64,000 nt of DNA from Nitrospirales bacterium (GTDB taxonomy: Bacteria; Nitrospirota; Nitrospiria; Nitrospirales; UBA8639): the NCBI GenBank assembly GCA_965203295.1, contig CBDBCZ010000016.1, positions 992,001-1,056,000 of the forward strand, read 5' to 3'. The position numbers and the translations under genes are program-made. The notes below the pieces were generated by a model. It was not told the DNA's origin, did not search any database, and saw only the letters and a program-made list of their open reading frames with translations. This document shows positions 14,138-26,400 of this stretch, one piece after another (position 1 is the first letter of the stretch; each line of letters begins with the position of its first letter).

Positions 14138-14473
14138 TTAGACCACTTCTTGAAAGTTACAATATGTTTCAAAGCTGCCCACAAACTCTTTCAGTACCTC
14201 ATGACAATGAATGTATTGTTCCTACAGGGAAAAACAAAACATGTTGTGGTCAGTCAGAAGTGACTACAACTACTACATGAATGTGTTCTTCCTAGCCAAA
14301 GCAGACTATCACTGCTTGAGTTCTCCCACAAACTCACCACACTCTGCACCAGGCCTGGACGGTTGAGACGGGCTGACTTGATGAACTGAAAGACATCAAC
14401 CACACCCTCAGTCTTCAGCCTCTCTATCTGAGCATGCATGCAGATGAACGCACCCGTACGATCCATTCCATCC
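14138..14473 (-). pseudogene. Last two exons of a receptor-type protein tyrosine phosphatase (D2-like domain C-terminus); upstream exons not evident
   Basis: DGMDRTGAFICMHAQIERLKTEGVVDVFQFIKSARLNRPGLVQSV | EQYIHCHEVLKEFVGSFETYCNFQEVV*, joined by a GT-AG intron. Confidence 0.8.
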
Positions 14474-14474
14474 C

Positions 14475-15152
14475 TAGTAAGTAAAGAAGAAACGGAAAGA
14501 GCTTATGCCCCATTAAATGTCGCTAAAGACCATTAAAGTAGTACTAAAATAAGGACCGTCTGGACAATCATTAAGGACCGTCTGCTACTATACAGGATGA
14601 AACTACCTGAATTAAAGGTAGAACCTTCTAACCAGTTAGTAGTAGGTAATGAAGAAACAGATAGAGTTTATGCCCCATTACATGTCGCTAAAGACCATTG
14701 ATACATGTACGAAAATAATGATCGTCTGAACAATCACTAAGGACCGTTTGCTACTATAGAGGATAAATCTACCTGAATCAAAGATAGAAACTTCCTAGCC
14801 TGTTAGTAGTAAGTAAAGTAGAAACGGAGAGAGTTTGTGCCCCATTACCTGTCGCTAAAGACCATTAACACATGTATTAAAATAAGGACCGTCTGGACAA
14901 TCAGTAAGGACCGTCTGCTACTATAGAGGATGAAACTACCTGTACAAGCTTACTAGCCTGTTAGCAGTAAGTAATGAAGGAACGGAGAGAGTTTGTGTCC
15001 CATAACATGTCGCTAAAGACCATTGATACTGGACAATTACTAAGGACCGTTCACTACTATACAGGATGAAACTACCTGAATTATTTAAGGTAGAAGCTTC
15101 CTAGCCTGTTAGTAGTAAGTAATGAAGAAACGGAGAGAGGTTGTGCCTTATT
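14475..15152. repeat. Tandem satellite, ~146-167-bp unit, ~4.3 copies
   Basis: gtaagtaa(a/t)gaagaaacgg...gtcgctaaagaccatt...aaggaccgt recurs at ~14477, 14642, 14809, 14968 and 15114. Confidence 0.92.
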
Positions 15153-15662
15153 ACACACTAAAAGGTCTATAATAGATACAACATACTTTGAAATGTGAAG
15201 AGGAGTGCAATCTTTGCTTCTCAGGAGTGCAACAAATTATCTAACTTCCCTAGCTGTATTTAAAAACGCAAGGGATGTAAAGAAGTAGAGGTTGTAAACC
15301 ATTCTTAGAATGTAGCCTAACTTGCATAAAAAGGACAAACAAATGATCTATAGTAATTGCCTTTGTATTTACTGTAATAAGAACAAAGAAAGAAAGGTAA
15401 ATCCTCACTGTTGAAATAAAGAATTAATGATATTTTTTTTTAGAAGATGTAGTTGCAGTTGTAAGAAAATTAGAAAGAATTCAAGCGCGAGACATTCGGC
15501 AGAGGCGTACGAACGGAGATGTGCACGGCCGCCCACGCGCTGGTAGTTGACCTTTGACCTTTAACCTTTTGCACTTGCGCTTTAATTGGAAACCGTGGTT
15601 CTTAATGACTGGTCCTATAGCGCGTTTTGCGTGTTAAATAATACTTCTCTTGTCTAGTCGCT

Positions 15663-17556
15663 ATGGTACGAGGAGTATGGATTCTGATTGTTGTACTTGT
15701 TTGTCTCGGCCTTGTTGCTGTAGCCCTGTATAGGTCTAGCTCTTCGCCTCCGCAAGGATTCGAAGGCATAGCTCGACCGAGCGCTCTACCAAGCGAATTG
15801 GGGGTGGCACGCGAGAAAACGAGCGAGCCTCCTGTACCTGCACTCGTGGACACGACCAGCGATACCACTCATATCGCTAATGGACGCATCGGCAGTCAAG
15901 GTATGTCAGTTTGAGCATAGATAATATATACTAGGAAGTATATATCTATGGTTTGAGTCTATGAACCAGGACTTTGTGTAAAAAAGTAGTGGTTAAACTC
16001 CCCTCACTCAAACTGTCCTTTAACCATTGCTTATCCATGGCAAACACACCCACACAGTGGCTGACCCTATCCCTGATGCCGAGCTGCCACAGTCTACCAC
16101 TAGCAAAGCTACCGTGAAAGACCTTCCAAACATTGTATTCATGATGGCAGACGACTTGGGCTATGGTGATCTGCACTACACCGGCGGACAAGCAGAAACT
16201 CCAGTTTTGGATGCCATGGCTGCAGGCCGTAACAGCATCCAGCTCACGAGATACTATGCAGGTGCTCCTGTGTGCTCTCCCACTAGAGGTACTGTGCTGA
16301 CGGGGCGTAACCACAACCGCTACTGCATTTGGACTGCTAATACAGGGATGGGAACTGCGGATTTTCAAATCCCATCGCCGATGCCCTTGCCACCATCTGA
16401 AGTAACAGTGGCCGAGATACTAAAAGAAAACGGGTATCGAACTGGAATATTTGGAAAGTGGCACGTTGGTGACTTGAAGAGTGCCGAGGGATCTTCTAAA
16501 CAATACAATCATAAATGGCCGGTTTCTCATCCAGGAATGCATGGATTTGACGAGTGGTGGGTGACAGAGCGGTCAGCGCCCACGGCAACCATAAACTGTG
16601 GGTGCTTCAAAGGAGCAGCGTGTACCTGTGGACACTATCCCAGTCGACACCCATGTACCAATTACCACTCTAGGGATCCGCACACAGATAAGTTGGTCTC
16701 ATTCCCTAGCTCAATCGAAGGTGACGATTCTCACTTCATTGCAAAGCAATTTGATCAATTCTTGCAGAAAGTACGTAAATCTGGACAGCCCTTTTTTGCC
16801 TACCTGCCCTTCCACACAGTACACCACCGGTATGTTGCCACTAAGGAGTATGGTAAGCGCTATCTCGACCAAGGAATGGGATTGGCACAGGCTGACTACT
16901 TCGGTGCCATCACTGCAATGGATGATGCCATCGGTCAAATCCGTCTTCTACTCAAGAAACACAATGTTAGTGATAACACCATGCTCTGGTTCACTAGTGA
17001 CAACGGCCCTGAAGCACCAACGCCTGGTAGGACTGGGGGCTTAAGGGGTCACAAAAGAGACCTGTATGAAGGTGGGATTAGGGTCCCTGGGATCATCGAG
17101 TGGCCTGCTGTGATCAAAAGCAACAGAATCTCTGATTATCCGGTTGTATCAAATGACTTTCTTCCCACCGTATGCGATATGTTGGGTGTTCAGCCCCCAA
17201 ATGATCGTCAAATAGATGGTATTTCAGTTCTGCCTTTCCTTCGAAACAAAACCTCTACAAGAAGTAAACCTATTGCATGGGCTTATCAAATTTCAAATAG
17301 CTTCAGCAAAGGACAGTACCATGCAGCCCTAAGCAGTAACCAGTACAAGGTATTTGCTACCTTCAACGAGGGCAAAATGACAAGAACGGAACTCTATGAC
17401 CTCAAGAATGATCGCAGTGAATCAAAGGACTTATCAGCCGAATATCCGAATATACTGAACCCGATGAAGCTAGAGCTTGAGAATTGGATGCAGTCTGTGA
17501 TCAAGAGTGCTAGGGACGAGGTTCAGTGTTTAGGCCATTCGTTCCTCCGAGCATAG
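15663..17556 (+). CDS. Formylglycine-dependent (S1) sulfatase with N-terminal signal anchor; 2 exons (15663-15900, 16058-17556)
   Basis: PNIVFMMADDLG, CSPTRGTVLTG (CxPxR), GKWHVG, FTSDNG, GHKRDLYEGGIRVP. Exon 1 is hydrophobic (VWILIVVLVCLGLVAVAL). The phase-1 intron caag|gtatgt...cacag|tg joins in frame. Confidence 0.92.
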
Positions 17557-17693
17557 AGTTTTATAGGCATTATACAATGTCATGTAGCTATAAATCTGCT
17601 GTAATGTTTTTTTTAGCCAAGATAAAGAGTTGTTTTAAGCTATATACTATAGGTGTGCAGTTGCAACTTTGCAGTCTTATAATCTCGTAGTAC

Positions 17694-17976
17694 ATAAGTA
17701 TAGGATAGACTACACCAAAGAGTGGGTTATGTGCCTATGTAACCCACGAGTTTGCGGTTATCCCGAGGCGAAGCCAAGGGATAAATGCAAACAAGTGGGT
17801 TATAGCGCATAACACACGAGTGGGTGTGGTCTATCTGACTTATACCACGTTGCGCATGCGTATAATCTTCGCTGCGTAGCAACGTAGCGAACTGATAAAA
17901 AGTGTGGGTTATGAATTATGTAACCCATACTTTTTAGCCAATCATTTTTATTGTTGATGATGTAATGTGGTATAAC
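17694..17976 (+). mobile_element. GA-mismatch hairpin element, family 1
   Basis: ~150-bp palindrome centred on cccgaggcgaagccaaggg (17762-17780), then a tail with a small hairpin and agccaatca. Boundaries approximate. Confidence 0.65.
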
Positions 17977-18097
17977 TTAGCTTAGATGTTTGCCCTTCTG
18001 TATGAAATTGTAGACATCTACATGTATAATGTGCCTACAGTTCAGCATACATGATACACTGCAAAATGGGAGGGCTATCCACCTCGATTACATGTAT

Positions 18098-18618
18098 CAC
18101 TGCAAAAATCAAAGGATGGTTTCAAACCAGCTGGAGTTATCTCAGTTCAAGCAGTCTACAAAACAATGTGTACGTAAACAAGTAGATCAATTTACCACCC
18201 TGTTTCTCCAATTTTAGAAGAAAGGAAAAATCCATTAGGACAATTAGTAACACTTTATGTACATTACCATGGCAACCACTTTTTCCCACGCTTATAGCAC
18301 TCAAAGGAGGCCACATACAGGAATCATTGTTATACCAATGTACATTAAATCAGTTAAAGGTCAGTTTGGGTGAGGGGTTAAAATCCTCGGCTTCGCCTTG
18401 GACTTTAAATTCCCCTCACCCAAACTGACCTTCAACTATTACATAATATCTTGTTCCTAACCTCAACAAAGAAAAATGATTTAGCGTGGCTTCCTGAGCT
18501 GAGTAAAGTGATCTTATTGCACCGCATAAAGCTGCATATTCTCTGGTACTGGGGCTGCAACTGAGGTATAGCCTTACAATGTATGTGGGTTAACACAAAC
18601 CACTTTATTTTTGCAGTG
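18098..18618. mobile_element. CACTG MITE (copy 2), interrupted by a nested insertion
   Basis: Collinear with 3322-3751 apart from the 18254-18445 insert. Confidence 0.85.
18254..18445 (-). mobile_element. GA-mismatch hairpin element, family 2 (nested insertion, no TSD)
   Basis: Palindrome 18352-18437 centred on cctcggcttcgccttgg; absent from the paralogous MITE copy. Confidence 0.8.
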
Positions 18619-18707
18619 TAGGTTGCTTCACTTGCTGTTGTATATGCAAGCTGGTGTCTCTTGCATGACCTAATATTACCAGCTATATGGATGGATGAAC
18701 CCATGCA

Positions 18708-18931
18708 CACTGTGAAAAATAAGGTTTCCTGCTCTGAGTCCAGTAAGGAAACATGACAGATTTTTGATAGGATCCTCAAAGAAACACAATGACACGGCAT
18801 GTTTCCCATGTCATTTAGAGAAACATGCTGTGTCTTCATGTTTTCTTGAGGTTCCTATCCAAATCTGTCGTGTTTCTTTACAGGTTTTCCTGGATGCAGA
18901 GCTGGGAATCTTTGTTTTATTTTTCATAGTG
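18708..18931. mobile_element. Foldback MITE with CACTG-type termini
   Basis: cactgtgaaaaataa...ttatttttcatagtg; internal arms are complementary. Confidence 0.7.
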
Positions 18932-19244
18932 CATGCCAGCTGCATTTGTTATTGCATATACATGTACCCAGAATTCTTTTTGTTATTGCATGCTCCCACA
19001 ATGCAGATAAGGACAGAACTGAACCAATATACTCATGCTTACTGTTTCCACGGGTATATGAATGAAGCAATGAATAAACTAGCCACAGTACATAACCAGC
19101 TGTCCAAGTTTGGCCTAATATGAGGCTATAGCTACACACCCGCTACACAGGGTTAGATTCTACTATCAGTTTACTTCCAGTCCGTGATGATACTGGGCCT
19201 CAGTGGGAAAGGAACGAGGGGGGGGGGGTGCACAGCTGCAGGCC

Positions 19245-19441
19245 TCGTATGCCATGGTACGTAATGTATTAAAACTACCATGGCACAAGTCATTTATACC
19301 ATGGGTTTCTAAGGTCATGTATATATGAGGTTTGTAGTACCCTCATGCAGTTGTAGGTCTTCCCTTGGGCTTTGCCCTCGGAAAGACCTACAACTGCCCT
19401 TGGGTACAATCCCCATTCACCTTGAAACCTATGGTACAAAT
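19245..19441 (-). mobile_element. GA-mismatch hairpin element, family 3 (decayed)
   Basis: Palindrome 19292-19441 centred on ccttgggctttgccctcgg; small tgccatggta/taccatggca hairpin to its left. Confidence 0.6.
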
Positions 19442-19757
19442 ACACCTTGTTTCAAAAGGCAATTATAATTTTGTTTTCCAACTGAGTGAGACAGTGGTAG
19501 TAGAGGGAAAGTGAGCAAACTCTAAGTCATGTTGTCTCGTGAGGCGATTTGAGGTCCCCTCTGCTGTCCTGTACCATTCCGCCGTACCAGCCGTCTCCAT
19601 TCTACGAGCCTGTACTACGCAAAGCATGCAAAACAGCCAACAAACGATAATAATAATAATATACTCATGTTGCTGCCGTAGCGCAAACGATATTAAACAG
19701 CTAATGATTCTGCTTGATAAGGTTTGCCGGATGGATTTTGCTATATGATGCCCGAGT

Positions 19758-22700
19758 TCAAGAGCTTTGAAGGTTCAGTACGGTGAATATTTTTATACTT
19801 CAGGCGATACATATCACTTATTGAACTTCCACCCTACGACTTGAACATACATGTGCTGTATACTCCTTCTGCGCACTCAGCTAGCCAAGGTATATAGACA
19901 AAGTAGGGCTCGGCATACATACTAGAGACGAGGTGATTAGGTCATTAGAGCTATGCATGCACACAAGTACGATGTTGTCATCTCAATTGGTAATGAGGAA
20001 CCTTTACGTGAACATATGGCAATCACTATCTTTCATCCCCCCAGGTTTAGCCAAATTGCAAGCCCCCAACAGACCAGTGCTCCATATTGCCACTCATAAA
20101 CTCTTTCAAGTGAACAAAATTTTAACCACTCCAATAACGTGATAATACATGTGTAAGTCCACACACCTATTGACATTCACTAAATGTATCAAAGCAAAGG
20201 AGCTGCACACTTGGAAACTAACAACTAATGCATTCAATCTACAGTCCTCACAGCATTACTGACAAAATAATACTATTGTCTACAGTATACTACTTCGCTA
20301 TAAGGTCAAACTTCAAGAGCTTGAATGTTCACTGTAATGTTATCATCATCTTCACTCAGTGTGGTGTACTTTCTCCAGAGGAATGTGACTTGTGCTGCCA
20401 ATGTGAATGCATAAAAGGGCATCATGATTTACACAGAAATGTATTGTGTATGCATGCGTGTGGGAGGGGTGGGCCATTAAATTACACCTACTTGGTTTGT
20501 TCACGGCGAGTATAATTCAGCCCTTTCAGTAGGAATATCAGCAGGACAATTTCAATGTTCTGCCTGAGCAGTGTGCAAGTTATTGCTTAAACCATGCCAC
20601 CTGTAGGCGGTATTAGATTGATAGTGCACTTGTTCCCTACATGTTTATATACCATACACTTCTTGGTGTTATTGTTATTAGCTAGTTTATACATGTCTAT
20701 TATATGTTATTGAGGAATTGTATAAACACAGCTATTCTGTAGCCCGATTGCAAAATTTGCTATGATTTTTCCCTTTTTGCAACCTCGGTTCCAAGTACGT
20801 GATTTCTACCATGCACCCCGCGCAAATAGCTTCTGTTATAGAAAGATGGTCCTGAAAGCGCTTAAGTACTATTAGCACTCCAGTGTACTTATAATGAGGA
20901 GGAACCTTTAACGATCGAATTGCATAAGTACAGTATGGAGAGCCATTTACCATATTCTAGGTATTATCCACCCACCCCCTTCTTTGAGCAAAGTTATGTG
21001 GGAGGATAATTGATTCGTCCACCCTTTGTCGGAATCATTATATGTAGTGACAATGGAAGCAGGCCAGTTAGGTTACAGATTTTTTTCATATAGATGTCTT
21101 TGAGAAAAACCGATTTGGCCAAGAGCACTGGTTGTTATTATTAGCTCTACCTTTGACAACCACTTCTCGCAGTCTTAAGACAAATGAAGACAGGAAGACT
21201 TGTTCGGATCTCATTCCTGTTGATTCTAACCCTCACCTCCCAAATAAACAAACAGGAAACTTTCACGGACTGGAAGTACTAGTCAATGAGAAGATTAGTA
21301 TAGTTACCACTCCATTACATGATAGACTGTAGCATTAGAAATAAGCTTGTAACCATACCTAAACTGCTCTCCTCCACCTCCCTTTTCTAGAGAATGCTTG
21401 GAAGAGACACCTCGTTTCTGGTAGAAAAAATTTTAATTATTCAAGAGCTTTGTGAAGGTTCACTATGGTGAATATTTTTATACTTTAGGCGATACATATC
21501 ACATTTTTGCTTCTTTAACTTCCACCCTATGACTCGAACATGTGCTGTATATCTTCTGCGCACTCAGCTAGCCAAGGTATAGTCTATAGACAAGGTAGGT
21601 CTTGGCGTGCATACTAGAGACAAGGTGAGTACGTACGTCATTAATAGTACCAAGAGCTACGCATGCGCACAAGTATATACGGTGTTGTCATTTCCATTGG
21701 TAGTGAGGAGCCCTTAAGTGAACATGTAGCAATTGATCCCCCAGATTTAGCCAATTGCAAGCCCCCAACAGACCAACACTCCATATTGCCACTCATGAAC
21801 TCTTTCAAGTGAACAAAATTTTAACCACTCCAATAACAAAACTATAACATGATAATACATGTGTAAGTCCACACACCTATTGACATTCACTACATGTAGC
21901 AAAGCAAAGAACCTGCGCACTTGGAAACTAACAACTAATGCATTCAATCTACAGTCCTCACAGCATTACTGACAAAATAATACTATTGTCTACAGTATAC
22001 TACTTCGCTATAAGGTCAAACTTCAAGAGCTTGTTCACTGTAATGTTATCATCATCTTCACTCAGTGTGGTGCACTTTCTCCAGAGGAATGTGACTTGTG
22101 CTGCCAATGTGAATGCATAAAAGGGCATCATGATTTACACAGAAATTTATTGTATGTGTATGTGTGTAGGAGGGGTGGGCCATTAAATTGCACCAACTTG
22201 GTTTGTTACAGCGAGTACAGTTCAGCCCTTTCAGTAGGAATATCAGCAGGACAATATTCAATGTTCTGCCTGAGCATTGTGCAAGTTATTGCTTAAACCA
22301 TGCCACCTGCGTGCGGGCAGTATTAGATTGATAGTGTACTTGTTCCCTACATGTTTAAATTCCATATACTTCTTGGTGTTATTGTTATTAGCTAGTGTAT
22401 ACATGTCTATGTTATTCAGGAATTGTATAAACACAAGTAGAGTTAGCTATTCTGTAGCCTGATTGCAAAATTTGCAATGATTTATTCTTTTTTTTTGCAT
22501 CTCGGTTCCAAGTACGTGATGTTTTCTGGAATTAAATTTTCCAAAAAACTGAATCCAGAAGATTAGTTCATCACTGTCCTAAAAGCTTAGCGCTTACGTT
22601 ACTGGTGCGGTATACCGTTAAGGCCATATTTTCCAATTATGCGTCAAAATGAATAAAATATTCCATGCCAATTTTCTAATTTTGTGTCGTTCAGAGAAAT

Positions 22701-23414
22701 AATTATTTTTGAGGGTGACGCAAATTTAGAGCGCTTACGGTAATTCTTTTTCTACCATGTACCTGTCCGATCCCCGCGTAAATTGCCTCTGTTATGTAAA
22801 GATGGTCCTGAAAGCGCTTAAATACTATTAGCACCCCAGTATACTTATGATGAGGAGAAACCTTTAACCATCGAATTGCATAAGTACAGTATGGAGAGTC
22901 ATTAACCATATTCTAGTTATTATTCTCCCACCCCCTTCTTTGAGCAAAAGTTATGTGGGAGGATAATATGTTTTGTCCATCCTTCGTCGGGACCACTTTA
23001 TGTAGTGACTGTGAAAGCAGGCCAGCTAGGTGACAGCTTTTTTCATATACATGTACATGTACATGGCTTTGAGAAAAGCTGATTTTGGCCAAGAGCATTC
23101 CAGCATAGCCTGGTTGTTAGCTCTACCTTTGACAATCTTTTCTCGCAGTCTTAAGACAAATGAAGACAGGAAGACTTGTGCAGATCTTACTCCTGTTGAT
23201 TCTAACCCTCACCTCCCAAATAAACAAGCAGGAAACTGTCCCTGACTGAAAGTACTAGTCAATGAGAAGATTAGTAGTTACCACTCAATTACATAATAGA
23301 CTGTAGCATTAGAAAAAAGCTTGTAACCATACCTAATCTGCTCTCCTCCACCTCCCTTTTCTAGAGAACGCTTGGAAGAGACACCTCGTTTCTGGTAGAA
23401 AAACATTCTAACTA
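19758..23414. repeat. Diverged tandem segmental duplication (copy A ~19758-21439, copy B ~21440-23414)
   Basis: Both copies begin ttcaagagcttt and end acacctcgtttctggtagaaaaa. Paired ORF fragments (MHSIYSPHSITDK..., MVN.SPYCTYAIR). Confidence 0.92.
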
Positions 23415-26400
23415 TAGTGAGATAGATGACGACCATGAGCAGTAATCCTCCCAGCATAGTGCCGATGATGATGCCTGTAGGTATGTAGAGATAAAGGATG
23501 TGCTTTCAATAGTACTCCTAGTACCAAGCAACAGTTGTATAAGTATTTTTATCAGTTGTTTTGTGTGTTTCCATACAAGCTAGTTACACGGCAGCCTACG
23601 TATGCCCTTGCTGACCTGAGGGGGCATACAACAAGTATTGTTGTGTAAGCAGAAACAAGAATGTGTTTCTGATATCAGGCATTTATACATTAACTGCACT
23701 CAAACCGAGATTCAATACATCATCATCTCCTTACAGTACCTCCACTCGAATGTCCACCTCAATTGTGGTAAATGACTTATTCAAAAGGTACTAAGTACGT
23801 AGCAAAAAGCTTCCAAGAAATGGATGAGTGAATAGTAAACATAAAGCTATTGTTTCTTAGTAATCTAGCTATACATGCACTCACCAATGACAGCCCCATA
23901 GTCATCACCATCAACTGTGGAGAGGATGATAAAGGGTCAGTCAAATGACTCGTATGTCCATCATCATACATACTATATTCATGAGGATCATGTCAAGTGC
24001 ACAGTCCACATTGCATTCAGGACATGCATATTCATCATAGATCTTGCAATTCTACTAACCACACACTAAAGAAACAATAAGCAGACCAGGTTGTATGTAG
24101 CGTTCCTTCCGCCTAATTACACACACCCATCACTTCAAAACCAGGTGATATGGAGATGTAAGTTTTTTTATCTAACTCACACACACAATGTCATGAATAT
24201 AAGATACAACAGCATAAAGGGTTAAAGGGATTTTTAATAATGGAGGTTTATCCACTAGTTGATTTTAATACTGTCAAAAGTCCCTCAGACCATAGTAGCT
24301 AATTTTTTAGTGCTATCCCATAGAAAGTCTGAACCATATGATGCATTATCTAGCCGGTGATTGAAACGAAAATTTCATATTGTCATTGACTATAGGGTTG
24401 TCATACAAGTTTCAACACATCACGTGTGGATTGGAATGTTTTTGTCAAGAAAGTGAAGTATTGCTGGTACAGATGATTAAATGCATCACTAAGGTGTTTT
24501 ATGTAAAAACCATGTAGAGGTAGGCAGAAGACCCAGAGAGAAGAGTTATAACTGTAAAAGGAGTTTGTATATAACTTGTGTAGTGGGAGTTCAAGAATAT
24601 CAAACACATTAGTGATGCATTCAATCAGCAAAGGTAGCTAAGTGAAACTGCCTCAAAAGAAACAATCAAAACTGTATCCATGTATGCAACACATTGAAAC
24701 TCAAACAACAACCCACCAGTTAATATCGGATATTTGCTGTGATGGTAACAATAATATACTGATTTCCATCAGTTTGCAGCATGAACACTGCTTGTGAACA
24801 TGTTCTAAAAGCAATCAGTGCTATAGAGGGAGTCTGCCTCAAGAGAGTTGGGCTGCACAGCAGTTTTCCAACTTGGTTGCTGCCCCAATACACAACACAT
24901 CACTCCTCAGTGCTTCTAACATGCACTATAGCTCTATTTCAGAAAATAAATCGGCATGACCACTTTTAAATGACAATCAGACACATCAACAAGCACGAAT
25001 ACACATGAATATACGTAGAATTCAGAACTACATGTTTCTGTAAAGAATATTATTATGCAGGGCTTGGATACTACTTCACCCTGTAGTTTACTTTAAAAAA
25101 TATAGTGATAGGCTCAATATAATATTACAGTAAATGTATATGAACTCCGTAAAACACACATGCCAGCCCAAGTTCAATCTTTATCAGTTTTTATGATGCC
25201 TAGCTGAAGCAAAAACATGTTTTTGACTGAGAATAACAACAAGCTATGTAAATGCAGCTGTATATAACTAATCAAATGAAATTTAATTGAGTGGTCCTCT
25301 TCCACAGCATTACATGTACTTCCAAGCCTTATATGCATATTGAAAACCAGATACCTTTAGTTTGTTAGCTATTTGTCTTAGTGACTATATATAGTAGTGG
25401 AGTTCAACACACTACTTGCATGCACACAGTTTGGTTATGAATGGAAAAGCATTACCAATACATGCATCACTACAGTAACTGTGCTTTAACCATGTAGATC
25501 TAGAGGTGCATGTAGGCAGAGGAAGACCTGGAGGAATTTAAAGTATTGAATGCTGTTTCATACATTTCTGATCATTATCCCCCAATGCTGTATAAAACCC
25601 TAGTACATATTACCTTCATTTTCTCATCTTTACTTGCCTGTTTAAGTTATAATTGGCAATGTGATTACCTGCTTTTTAATTTACAACCTACCGTCATCGT
25701 TTAGAATAGTGATAAAAGCTGTGTCTGGGTCCAGGTTCACTCCTCTTTGCCTCGTGCTCATGTTCAGACGCAATGAATAGTATTCATTGTTTTCTCTTAC
25801 ACTGTCCTGCACTGTCGTTACATTTCGGCAATGGTGAGGTTCCATGGCAGTGAAGGTTAGATTCTCTAAAACCACATCAAAATCTTCTGAGGCTGGATAG
25901 AAAAGACAATTAAACGGTTAATAACTTTTAAGTCGTAGCTACTATGCAAACTTATCTACCTTTAGCTGTGCCATTAGAGCTGGCCAGCACTAGTGTTACA
26001 TTTACTTCTAACTCCAGAGTGCCTTTGAGGATGTGAGAGCATACTTCCACTGCAAGCCCCTCCTCCACAGAATAGGCAGCATCTTCAAAACCAATTGTTA
26101 TACCTGGGAGAGACATTGTAGATCAGCACTATTAGGAATAGATGTTCAAATTACTCTGTACATACTGTCATCAAGAATTATCTCTGTCACATTTGGTGCT
26201 AAGATTACAACTGAATCTGAAGTAGTAAGATTTGCAAACAGGGTTTCAGCACCCTCCAGAACAATGTCATCTGTGATGGGAATATCTTTGCAATTCCTGG
26301 GACTGCCAGGAGAAAATGTCAGCTCCACGCTGACAGTAGTGTAGTCATCTGTAGAAAAATTGATTATGTCACAGAAGGAACAGGGATGGTATATAGTAAG

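Noticed and set aside
14475..15152. Possible CRISPR-like repeat-spacer array
   Set aside because: Whole units are homologous with no unique spacers, there are no cas genes, and the context is eukaryotic.
15946..17044. Overlapping alternative-frame and antisense ORFs within the sulfatase
   Set aside because: Shadow ORFs with no independent motifs.
16027..17556. Bacterial contaminant contig
   Set aside because: Joined in frame by a canonical intron to a signal-anchor exon and embedded among host repeats.
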